NCBI GenBank assembly: GCA_028534125.1
Contig: CM052816.1
Location: 78,308,001 to 78,372,000 of the forward strand
From: Lama glama
Taxonomy: Eukaryota
Length of the DNA: 64,000 nt
Direction: 5' to 3'
Shown: piece after piece, positions 13,411 through 24,899 of the stretch
Numbering within the stretch: position 1 is the first letter of the stretch
Layout: each line of letters opens with the position of its first letter
Made by a program: the position numbers and the translations under genes
The notes under the pieces: generated by a model
The model's input: the letters and a program-made list of their open reading frames with translations, nothing else
Told to the model about the DNA's origin: nothing
Databases searched by the model: none

Positions 13411-16400
13411 TATAGTAATTCTTTTTTTTTAATTAAGCATTTTTCAGTTTATTAACTACATTCCTACACATTTTCTCATGTTATCTTTACAAGAACTCTG
13501 CGGCAAAGCAGGACTGATTATCTTCATTTTACAGAAACTGTGTCTTAAAAAAACTTAAGGACTCAACACATGGCAACAAAAGCTAATGAGCAGAAGAACC
13601 AGGACTCAAGCCCATTTCTGCTGTTTTCAGATCCCATCACTTTTCTATCAGGAGGTCTTATGTTGCAGGAGGAGATATTCTGCAGAGGACCTAGTAGACA
13701 GGGTGCAAGCTCATTTTCAGAAAACAGGAGAAAAGATAAAAAGTTTAGAATCTACTCTGAGCGTAGTGCCACGCTGCTTACTCTGGCTCCTTCCCAGCCG
13801 TCGCCAGCCGCAGTCAGTGCTGCTTCTCTGATTCACTGTGATCATTTCCCCACCTGAAATAGATGCTCATCCTTGACTGACATGCTTCTCTCCTCTCACA
13901 TGAGCATTTTAAAAATTGAGTTTAATAATTTTCAAACACTAATTTTATTTTTTCGCATCTTTTGTGAAGTATTCTCTTGGCCTTCAACCTCACGTTCAAA
14001 CCTAAGTTGGAGATTCTTTCCTGTTGCTGACAGAGTATCTCATGTGGATTTCCAGACTGTGCTTACCAATTATACTTTTTTCTCTTTCTTTCTCTCTTTT
14101 CATTCTCTATGATAGAGCAATGGGAAAAAGAACTCAGCACCTTCACTCCTGAGGGATGGGAAGTGGCCAAGGCCAAAAATAGGGCTGTTGTTTCTTTTTC
14201 TTTTTCTTTTTCTTTTTGGTCTTATTTTTAATTCTTTATGATATTTAGAAACAGTTTCTCTTAACTGTGTATGGAACCTTGTAAGTGCCTCTTTAAACTT
14301 CTAATTTTTTATATTATGAGATAGTATTTGTTGGTATGATTTCAAAGTAATGTATGATCATTGTGGAATATTTGGATAATATAACAAGCTAGGAAGAAGA
14401 TGAACTTAACTGCAGTCACACCACTTAGAAGTGACATTTTGATGTTTCTTTCAGTCTTTTGTACTTTTTACAGAGTTAGATATGATATATAGTACAAATG
14501 TCCTCTCTCACCATCTTGACTCTCTCTGTCCAGATACCATTGCTTTTTCCCTGATAGTTTAACACTTCATGGTCCCAGTATTTGTTCTTTCCCAGGTGCC
14601 TTGGGATGCTCTCCAGTTAGAGTGTATATTTAACATATCATTTCATTCTTTATTGACATTGTAGTACCTGTTTGCTCCAGTGCTACAGATAATTCATATC
14701 TGATATGTTTAGTATTATCGCATATCGCACAGTATATCATGGATTAAATGTTAATTAAAAACTGATGTTTAGGGGAGGGGAAAAAAGAAGTCATGTTTAA
14801 AATGCTTTATAATAGAAATCTTAATAGATAGTTATTTAGGTGTTTAAGAGTTATTTAACAAAGATTGGGAGTATTGGAATATCTGGGACATCTTTTTTAA
14901 TTTAAAGTGCTTCAGTAAAATCCTGGTATCTGACTAGGCAGCAAATTTTCAGGAATGGATTCAGTTTGGATAACAGGGGTTACCTATATTTTGTATCCTT
15001 TGCTTTTCACTGTGATTTCTGCTTCTGCCAAACATTTCCCTATGTCATCAAAAAGTATTTGGTAAGCTTATTCCTTCTCCAGCTGTGCCAAAAAATAGTT
15101 AACTAATTCCTTATTGCCAAATGCATTAGGTGGTTTCCAGTATTTTTCCCCTGTAAATGATGCTTCAACGAGTAACTTCTAGCATAAGAGGTTTTTTTTG
15201 GGGGGGGGGTTATCACTATGATTTAGCTAACTCATTTAGCCTTTACCAATCCAACAGATCAAAAAAAGGCATCTCACTGTTATTTGTCTCTTTCTGAATG
15301 AGTCTGAGCATGTATAAGATGTTTTTTGATGCAAATAATGAGTGTGCACTTGAGAAACATTCTTAAATGTGTCTTTGAGAAAACTTTAGAGGTACTTTAC
15401 TGCTCTGTAATTTTCTGAAGTCGGCAGCCTATTTTCTAGGAGTGTGTAATTCATTCAAGTAATCAGGCCCAAGATATATATAAATCATGATGAAATCTAA
15501 AATTATCATATTAATTTAAAAAATTAAATTCTAAGCTGTCAGTCTACTTTTCTACCACCATTTATATACAATATCTAAAAAAAATCTGTATTTATATTTT
15601 TACCTTTCTGTTTGTGAAATCCATTGTCTTATTCTGTTTTCTCTTTTCACCTCGAATCTCCTAATTCACGACAAGATAAGGAAGCTCCTTCTCAAGAAGT
15701 TGTTTCTGAATGTCACAAAAGTCAGCAAATCATTTCTTCCACTTCAGGTGTGATTTCTTTCTTCTCTTCTGAGAACAGTGTGGTTATGTCTGATGTCAAA
15801 ATAGGAGTTACCACCTCTCTTGAAAGAGTAGTTAAACCAGTCAATTGATGTAATAGAGACAGAATGATAATTTAAATATATTCACTTTCCTTTTTCTAGT
15901 TTTTTTGGTTGTCATGGTTTAAATTCAGCCTTGTTACCAAGTTTCTAGTACTCAATATTATAATGAGTTATATTTTGCTTATGAAATTTGAAAGTGATGT
16001 TCGATTAAAAATAAAATACTAGGGAGTAAGATTAGAGTCCTAGAACAAAAGGCACAGAGCAAACCTGTGTCGTCACAGACTTTTTTAGTGTTTTCAAAAA
16101 GGAGCTAATGACTTTTGTAGAATTTAGATGTTTAGCATTTTAAGTGGTAAAATTTAGCTTTGGGCTCTGAATATGCTAAGAACCACTGAATTGTAAAGTT
16201 TTAAAGGATGCGAATTATATTGCAATAAAGCTGTTTAAACAAACAAATAACAAGAAACCATGTTGAAAATAAAAGAATTAATTAGTTATGGATTAATTTC
16301 CTAAAATCTGATTTTATTGAAACTTTAAGCAAACATGGCTCAATCGATCTGAAATGGAAACAGGAAATTATAGCATTCTCTTGGTATGCCTTACTTTATG

Positions 16401-16622
16401 ATTCTTGTGAATCACTCACACGAGAAGAGCAGTGGTCAGTCTGTATTTAGTTAGAACAGAATAGAATTTGCCTTAATTTATTTATACCTGTGAAACTTCT
16501 GCTTAGATTTTTAACAAATACATTTTATGTTGTTAGTTGCTAACTTGTTCTTACAAAGTTAATGACCTAGAACTATTTATAGATTTTTTTATATTCCTGA
16601 TTTTTATTTCCTTAATTTTCAG

Positions 16623-16732
16623 AATGTGAATCCTTGAATGTTCCTCAGCCATTGACTCCAGATGTATATCTGAATCTCAGACTTTCCACTGAAATATCAG
16701 AGAAACCTTTGTCACCTTCAGTGTCAGATAAG
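16623..16732 (+). CDS. CPLANE1: CPLANE1 exon (CESLNVPQPLTPDVYLNL...SVSDK)
   Basis: tttcag| ... |gtacta, 110 nt, phase 1-0. Confidence 0.85.
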
Positions 16733-17068
16733 GTACTAATTTGGAAGTTTTCATTATACTTTTGTGCTGAAGTTTATTATGGTCATCTGCATTATTCGGT
16801 TGTACAGATGATGTGAAGCTAAAATCTCATCTACATAGCTTTCTTGGAAAGGTCAAAAATTAATGTAAGATTTAAATATTATGCCCCCAAATATTGTAAA
16901 CTAAGACCATAACACATACTTCTCTGCAGCTTTCCCTAAGTTAGGCTGATTGAAGCTTTTCTTGACTTTAAAATTAAGCCTTTTTTGGGGGGGTCGAGGG
17001 GCAGGGTAGCATGGCCATATGAAGTAAAAAGAATGTAACCCTCTTTGATTTTACGTGTTTTGGCTCAG

Positions 17069-17261
17069 GTTGGACACACTTACATAAATGTGATTGACAT
17101 TGAAGCTGATGATCTACAGCAGTTACCTGTCAGGGAGGCGCCTTCAGATGATATTATCAAACAGCAAACTGATCGTGTAGAGGTCCCATCTTCTGCAGGA
17201 TTACATTATATGGCAGCTTCAGTTACTAATGCTGTTCCCCCGCATAATGTTAAGAGTCAAG
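17069..17261 (+). CDS. CPLANE1: CPLANE1 exon (VGHTYINVIDIE...NVKSQ)
   Basis: gctcag| ... |gtaata, 193 nt. Confidence 0.92.
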
Positions 17262-17549
17262 GTAATAATTCTTTCTACTTTTTAAACAAATCAAAAACAT
17301 TTTGAAAAATTCTTTAGTATAGCGTTGTTAATCCTCTTTATGTCTCTGAGCTCTCCTCCTAGAAACCCACTTTACTTTTAGATGTTTATGTTCACATTTA
17401 GAAGTGTTCTGTTAACATTGATCGCCACATCACCCAAATCTGGGTGACAGTTGTGTTTCCTCGGGGCCACCTGATCCACAGTTGGCGATCAGTGTGCTAA
17501 TTTTAACACCTTGTTTAAAAGTGTAGAGTCAGTCTTTGTATGCCTTCCG

Positions 17550-17965
17550 TATTTTTTTTATTAAAAGACCTTATTTTTTAGAGCAGTTTCAGGTTCATAG
17601 CAGAATTGAGCAGAAAATACAGAGTTCGCACATAGCCCTCCCCACCCACACATATATACTCCCCTACCCTCAACATCCCCCATCAGTGTGGCATATTCGT
17701 TACAATTGATGAACCAACATAGACACATTATTATCAACCAAAGTCCATCGTTTGCATTAAGGTTCACTCTTGATGTTGTACATTCAGTGGGTTTTGACAA
17801 ATGCATAATGACATGTAGCCATCACTATAGTATCATACAGAATAATTTCATTGCCCTGAAAATCCCTTGTGTTCCATCTGTACATTCCTCCCTCCCTTCC
17901 TCTCCCCAGACCCCTGGAGACCACAGTCTTTTTATTGTTTCTGTAGCTTTGCCTTTTCCAGAATG
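17550..17965 (-). mobile_element. L1 3' end (L1MC-like), antisense
   Basis: ttttagagcagtttcaggttcatagcag...ttgccttttccagaatg, typical old L1 3' UTR. Confidence 0.8.
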
Positions 17966-17988
17966 ACTGCCTTTCATATTCTTGATAG

Positions 17989-18138
17989 AATCTTCCAATT
18001 CTGCCATGGATTTATTTTTTAAACCTGTTAAAGTGTCTCCATCCTCTTTGGATGGAAGAAGCTGGAGAGCAGGCATCACAGAAGTGAAGGAGCCCGGTAT
18101 CACCTCGCCTACACCATTAGACATACAACAGGACAAAG
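17989..18138 (+). CDS. CPLANE1: CPLANE1 exon (SSNSAMDLFFKP...IQQDK)
   Basis: tgatag| ... |gtgaat, 150 nt, symmetric phase 1. Confidence 0.82.
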
Positions 18139-19199
18139 GTGAATGCCCTAGATTTATAGCATGACTCTCCCCCTTCCCCGAATCACTGTTCTATTCAAAA
18201 TAAGCACTGAAACTTGGTAATTGCAAAAGAAACCAGAAAAATGCTTTTACCTTGCTAAGGAGAGTGGGGGCAAATAGGTAAATGAGGTAGAGTCATGGTT
18301 CCAAGAGATATTTTGCAGGGAAACTACAGATCTATTTGTGCATATGTCTTCTCTCAGTTAATGAGGCTAATATCCTGTGGGATTTCATGAGTATTTTAGT
18401 GTTAAGGAGGAATTCTCATATTTTAGAAGTTGGGAACTTCTAGACTAGCACACAGAAAATACACAGACATGGTAGCCAACAGTACTTTATGAGTAAAATA
18501 CTCAATTTTATAGTCATAAATCAGGTTGCATTATTGTAAAATATTTGCAAGATTTAGAAGAGTATTTCTCCAAAATCTAAAGTGGTTACATGCTATGAAT
18601 CATTAGATTAACCTAACACATAATCAGAGATTCAGTGTCTCTTCTGGGTTTCACAGCTCTTGGGAGGGGTGGACCCCGTCCTGTGGTTGTCAGGTGCTTG
18701 GGTGTAGAGTCTGGCACAGCATGTGTATCCGCAGCGGGCACTCAGGAGATACGAGCAGCAAGGAGGCGATGAGTGGCAAGGAAACTTCACTTACGATGTG
18801 TTAGGGCATGTGTATGACAGCTATGTAAAGAAGTGAGAGCCACTGATTCAGATGTTGACGCCTTTGCCCCCTCTCTCCCCTGTCATGGGGCTGCTGGGTG
18901 CGTGGGTCGCGGAGGGAGAATGTATGAAGCCAGCCGTCTTTCAGGCTGGGGAAGTATGTGGGGAAATGAAGAGAGCTTGACTTTTAGATTCAAATAGAAC
19001 AGACCTGGGTTTCAATCCCAGCCTTGTTAATAGCTTGGGGACTTTGCAAGTAAGTTAACTTTATCTGATCCTCACTTGTTTCTCTGTAGGACACAACCTC
19101 ATAGGGTTGTCATGAGGATTGCATCTAGCCAAATGCCTGTGGCTACTTAAAGTTCCCTGTTAGTTTCCCTTCATTTTCACACCAGTTAACTTTTGAAAT

Positions 19200-20250
19200 T
19201 CTGACAAACTGAAACCCAGACTCATGGGTTCACCTCTAGGGGGAAAGGAAGGCAGAGAGGTAAAGAGGTGACTGTGATGTAGCCTGGTAAGTGCTGTTGT
19301 GGTGACATGGATGAGGTTGTTGGGAAATAGAGCATCAAGTCCATCTCTGGGGCTATTTAGGGGAGAGACCTAAATGGAATCTTTAAAGTATTGTTTAATG
19401 AAAGAAAGGGCATACAGACAGGAAGAACAGATTGTGCAACGACTCAGATTTGATGGAGCTTGCTGAGTTTGAGAAAATTAAAGTTTGGTTCTTGGAGTCA
19501 GTGGAGTTTTGTTTTGAATGAGACGACAAGAGATGAGCTGGAGAGGCAGGCCAAGGAAAGATGGTGCCACTTTCTTTCCTGCTAAGGCATTTGGACTTTT
19601 AAGGTGAAGGCCTCAGGGAGGTGCTGAAGGGTTTCAAGTGGTAAAGGAACAGTATCAGATTTGTGTATTAAGAGATCTCTCTAGGGCCTGTGTGGAAGTT
19701 GGACTAGAGAGGAGTGAGAGATAAGTTAGAGAGAAGGGTGCTGTTTGGGGTCTGTCGATAGTGAAAGCCTCATCTAAGCACTGGTGGTAGGAAAGGAGAT
19801 GACTGGTAGGTAGATCATCGGTATCTGGTGTCACTTTGGATCTGAAGGAAGACAACCTTGAATGCCTCTCAGGCCTCTGGTCTGGGAAACTGAGTGGATC
19901 ATAGTGCTGTTCCCTGAGCTGGGGAATCAGGAGGAAGGAGCAGGATGGAAGGGCAGAAGCGATCAGTTTGGTTTGATACGCATTTGGGACCACCTAAATG
20001 AGATGTCCAGGACACAGATGGTTTAAGGGGCTGGAGCTCAGAAAGAGTGCCGATGAACGTGAGAGTCGGCAGTGCCTCGTGACCTCACCCAGAGACAGTG
20101 GCTGGAGTGAGAAGAGACTTGAGCTGAGACTGGCACTCTGAAAATACTGAAGGGTAAAAGGAGGGAGTGGCGGAAGAGAAGACCAAGAAGGTAACTGAGA
20201 AGGGAGAGGCATCGGGAGGAGAAGGCCCAGAAGCCAGAAGAAGTGTTTCA
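19200..20250. mobile_element. Degraded L2 LINE fragments
   Basis: Purine-rich tract with tttggacttt, atcagatttgtg and gagatgtccag L2-like motifs. Confidence 0.55.
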
Positions 20251-20720
20251 AATCTGGGACAAGAATCAGTTTGTGTAAAAAAAGTATAGAGACTCATTGG
20301 CTTTGATACTGGTTTTGGGAGGTTTGTTTGCCTGAGATCCCACATAGAGACAGGAACAGCCAACGCTGTCCCTAGCTTTTATGGTGTGACGTTGTTGGTT
20401 TTCAAGTAGAGTTTTAAAAAGTCATAAAATTATTAAAGTTGCTTCTTGATGAAGTATATTTTTGTAGCAGAAGATAAAAGTAACATTCAAGCTGCCTTGT
20501 ATATGGAGCTTTGTGGTAATAGTAACACTATTTTGTATTATCTCACAACAAAGACAAATCTCAGAAATCAAGAAGCTGAAATGGCATTTCTAGGCATATT
20601 AAATTAAAACTGATTTGGAAGGAAATGTTATGCTGACTTAAAAAGAGGTCTTCAAAAATTAGATTGTCAGCGTCTACTTTTTTTGTAATCAATACTGATG
20701 TTATCTTTATTAATATTTAG

Positions 20721-20974
20721 ATTTGCTGAAGCCAGATTTCCAATTGCAAGAACAGAGCTCAAAGTCAGATACTGCAGATGATTATCTGCTAAGGGAACTA
20801 CTGCAGGGTATCTCTGCCACTCAGCCTGCGCCACACTCTGCAGCGCGCCGGCTGGAGCATCTCACATCTAAGCTTCAGCAACTTGATGAGCAGCTGTTAG
20901 CAATTCAGAACATTGCTGAAAGGATAGAGCAGGATTACCCCAGACACGAAGTGCTGCACCGACATTGTATTAAG
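20721..20974 (+). CDS. CPLANE1: CPLANE1 exon (LLKPDFQ...KLQQLDEQLLAIQNIAE...HCIK)
   Basis: atttag| ... |gtagac, 254 nt. Confidence 0.92.
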
Positions 20975-20988
20975 GTAGACTGTCTTCA

Positions 20989-23535
20989 TTTTTTTTTCTC
21001 AAACCCTTAATTAATCCCTGCCCTCCCTTCCCCTTTGGTAACCATAAGTTTGTTTTCTATGTCTGTGAGTCTGTTTTTGTTTTGTAAATAAGTTCATTTG
21101 TCTTATTGTTTTTAGTAAGTGATAAAATGCGGTACTTGTCTTTGTCTGTCTGACTTATTTCACTTGGTATGGTAATCTCTGGGTCCATCCATGTTGCTGC
21201 AAATGGCATTATTTCATCCTTTTTTTTTTTTTTTTAATGGCTGAGTGGTTTCCCATTGTATAAATGTACCACAACTTTATCCCGTCATCTGTTGACAGAC
21301 ATTTAGGCTGTTTCCATGTCTTGGCTGTTGTACGTAGTGCTGCTGTGAACATTGTGGTGCATGTATCTTTTTGAACTAGAGTTTTTATTTTTTCTGAATA
21401 CATACCCAGAAGTGGGATTGCTGCATCATATGGTAAGTCTATTTTTAGTTTTTTGAGGAATCTCCATACTGTTTTCCATAGTAGCTGCACCAGTTTACAT
21501 TCCTGCCAACAGTGTATGAGGATTCCCTTTTCTCCACACCTTCTCCAGCATTTATTTTTTACAGATTTTTTGACAATAGCCATTCTGACCAGTGTGCAGT
21601 GATACCTCATTGTAGTTTTGATTTGCATTTCTCTAGTAATTAGCAGTGTTGAGCATCTTTTCACGTGCCTGTTGGCCATCTATATGTCTTCTATGTAAAA
21701 ATATCTGTTTAGGTCTTCTGACCATCTTTTAATCAGTTTGTTTGCTTTTTTGATATTGAGTTCTGTGAGCTGCTTGTATATTTTAGATATTAACCCCTTG
21801 TTAGTCACATTGTTTTCAGTTTTTTTCCCATTCCATAGGTTGTCTTTCCTTTTTGTTGATGGTTTCCTTTGCTGGGCAAAAGCTTTTAAGTTTGATTGAA
21901 TCCCATTTGTTTACTTTTGCTTTTATTTCTTTTGCCTTGGGGGATTGATCCAAGAAAATACTGCTACAGTTTATGTCAGAGAATGTTTCCTATGCTCCCT
22001 TCTATGAGTTTTATGGTGTCATGTCTTATATTTAGGTCTTTAAATCATTTCGAATTTATTTTTACATATGGTATTGGAGAATGTTCTAATTTCATTCTCT
22101 TACAAATAGCTTTCCCAACACCACTTGTTGAAGAGACTGTCTTTTCTCCGTTGTGTATTCTTGCCTCCTTTGTCTTATATTAATTGACCATAGGTGCATG
22201 GGTTTATTTCTGGGTTCTCTGTTCCATTCCATGGATCTATGTGTCTGTTTTTGTGCCAAAACCTCTCTTTTTATTACTGTAGCTTTGTAGTAAAGTCTGA
22301 GGTCTAGAAGGGTTATACCTGCAGCTTTGTTCTTTTTCCTCAGGCTTGCTTTGGCAATTCTGGGTCTTTTGTGGTTCCATATAAATTTTAGGACTTTTTT
22401 CTAGTTTATGAAAAATGACATGGGTGTTTTAATAGAGGTTTCATTAAATCTGCAGATTGCTTTGAGTAGTGTGGCCATTTTAACAATATTAATTCTTCCA
22501 ATCCAAGGACATGGGATCTCTTTCCATTTCTTTGCATCATCTTCAGGTTCCTTTGTCAGTGTTTTTAGTTTTCAGCATATAGGTCTTTCACCTCCTTGAT
22601 TAAGTTTATTCCTATGTAATTTTTAATGTGATTTTAAACAGAATTGTTTTTTCACTTTTTCTTTCTGATATTTCATTTTTTACATATTTCATTATTAGTG
22701 TAAAAAAATACAACAGATTTCTGTATATTAATCTTGTATCCTGCTACCTTGCTGAATTCATTTATTAGTTCTAATAGTTTTTGTGTGATTTTAGGGTTCC
22801 CTATATAGAGTATCATGTCATCTGCAGATAGTGATAATTTTACCTCTTCTCTTCCATTTTGGATGCTTTTATTTCTTTTACTTGTCTGATTGCTGTGGCT
22901 AGGACTTCCAGTACTTTGTTAAATAGAACTGATGAGAGTGGGCATCCTTGTCTTGTTCCTGAATTTAGTCGGAAGGCTTTCAACTTTTAGCCATTGAGTA
23001 TTATGTTGGCTGTGGGTTTGTTGTAAATAGATTTTATCATGTTGAGATATGTTCCCCCATACCTGCTTTTGTGAGAGTTTTTATCGTGAATGGATGCTGA
23101 ATTTTGTCAATTGCTTTTCTATGACTATTGTAATGATTACATGGTTTTTGCCTTTTCTTTTGTTAATGTGGTGTATCACGTTGATTGATTTCCATATGTT
23201 GAACCATCCTTGCAACCCTGAAGTGAATTCAACCTGATCACGGTGTATGATTCTTTTTATATGTTGTTAGATTTAGCTTGCCAATATTTTGAGGATTTTT
23301 GCATCAATATGCATTAAAGATAATTGGCCTGTAATCTTCTTTCTTTTCTTTTCTCTTCTTTTTTTTATATTGTCTTTGGTTTCATTATTAGGGTGATGGT
23401 GGCCTCATAGAATGAATTTGGAAGTGTTCCCTCCTCTTCAGTTTTTTGAAAGAGTTTGAGAAGGATAGGTATAAGTTCTCATCATATATTTGGTAGAGTT
23501 CCCCAGTGAAGCCATTTGCTCCTGGACTTTTGTAG
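20989..23535 (-). mobile_element. 5'-truncated L1 (ORF2 3' part plus 3' UTR), antisense to CPLANE1
   Basis: ORF 21209..21679 encodes the L1 ORF2 C-terminal Cys-rich region ([12 protein letters not shown]...CWRRCGEKG...[10 protein letters not shown]); upstream ORF2 is disrupted. Confidence 0.93.
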
Positions 23536-23544
23536 TCTTTTTAG

Positions 23545-24105
23545 TTTGCTGTAATCCTTTTTACTTTTATTGCCCTTGCCTAAGGAGATAGTTCAAAAAA
23601 TATATTGCTAAGATCAGTGTCAAAGAGCATATTGCTTATGTTTTTTTCTAGGAGTTTTATTATTTCAAGTCTTACATTTAAGTCTTTAACCCATTTTGAA
23701 TTTATTTTTGTGTATGGTGTAAGAAAACGGCCTAGTTTCTTCATTCTTTTACATGTAGCTATCCAGTTTTTCCAACACCATTTGTTGAAGAGACTTTCTG
23801 ATAAACAAAACAAAGTTAAACTTTAGTTACAGCAGAAACAGATTAATAGATAGAGAACACCCCGGTGGTTGCCAGAGAGGACATGGGTCGGGAATGGGTG
23901 AAATAAGTGAAGGAGATTAAGAGGTACAAACTGCCAGTTATAAAATAAGTAAGTATGGGGATGTAATGTAAGGGAAAATAGTCAATAATATTGTGATAAC
24001 TTTGTATGGTATTAATGTATAAAAATCTTGAATTACTATGCTGTACATCTGAAACTATTATAATATTGTAAGTCAACTATATACATCAATAAAAAAGAAA
24101 AGAAA
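23545..24105. mobile_element. L1 with 5' inversion (antisense ORF2 piece plus sense 3' UTR and A tail)
   Basis: ORF 23580..23813(-) is L1 ORF2 ([10 protein letters not shown]...WVKDLNVR); orientation flips near 23798 to a sense 3' UTR ending caataaaaaa. Confidence 0.75.
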
Positions 24106-24417
24106 GGTGATCTATATAAATAAAAAATAAGAAAGGTTTTGTCTAGATGATAGTTAATGTTCCTCCCCATTCTAGAATTATATGACGCAGTTTTCCTGAG
24201 CCTCTTAAAAGGGTAACTCAGTTAACATACGAATAAGTAAAAATTTACTCCTCTTTATCAATCCCCACCATTTAACTCATGTTGAATTTAATCCCATTCT
24301 TCCATTTGTTGCATTAATACAAATGTTTAAAACCTACATAAAATTATTTATGATACTTTGAAACTATCGAACTATAATAGTTGTAACAGTTATTTTCTTG
24401 TGTGTGTTTTTCTACAG

Positions 24418-24505
24418 GTTGAACCTCTAGACCGCATTGAATTGTCTTCTGGTCCTGAATCTGAAAAAATGTTGCCTTCAAAAAACATTAGCATTTCTGA
24501 AGAAG
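24418..24505 (+). CDS. CPLANE1: CPLANE1 exon (VEPLDRIELSSGPE...ISEE)
   Basis: ctacag| ... |gtttgt, 88 nt, phase 0-1. Confidence 0.88.
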
Positions 24506-24899
24506 GTTTGTGAAGGGTTGGGAGTGGGACTAAAACCTTTCTTTGAAGAAATAAGTATTGCTTTTGAGAGTCCAGAACTAGGAATAGTTTTCACGTGTGA
24601 CCTGAAGCCATCAATCCCCTGATTTTTAGATTAGGATCATTTTTGTGATAAAGTGATTGGCTCCCACCTCAGGCCTTTTTTTTCTTTTCTTTTTTTTTTT
24701 CTGAGAAGCCAATGCTATAACCTCCTGTTTTGTACCAGAGTGGGGCAGTGTGGGCTGGACCTTATTTTCTGTGACTCCACCCACTGGCCACACACTACTA
24801 AGGATTACACAGAGCTTTGTGCTCAGGTAGCTGTTTGTCTGTAGTCATCAGCTGAGCTGGAATTTGAGGTTCTGATTAAATGGCTGGGCAATGGTGAGG

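Noticed and set aside
21209..21679. 156-aa ORF as a novel gene
   Set aside because: L1 ORF2 C-terminal remnant
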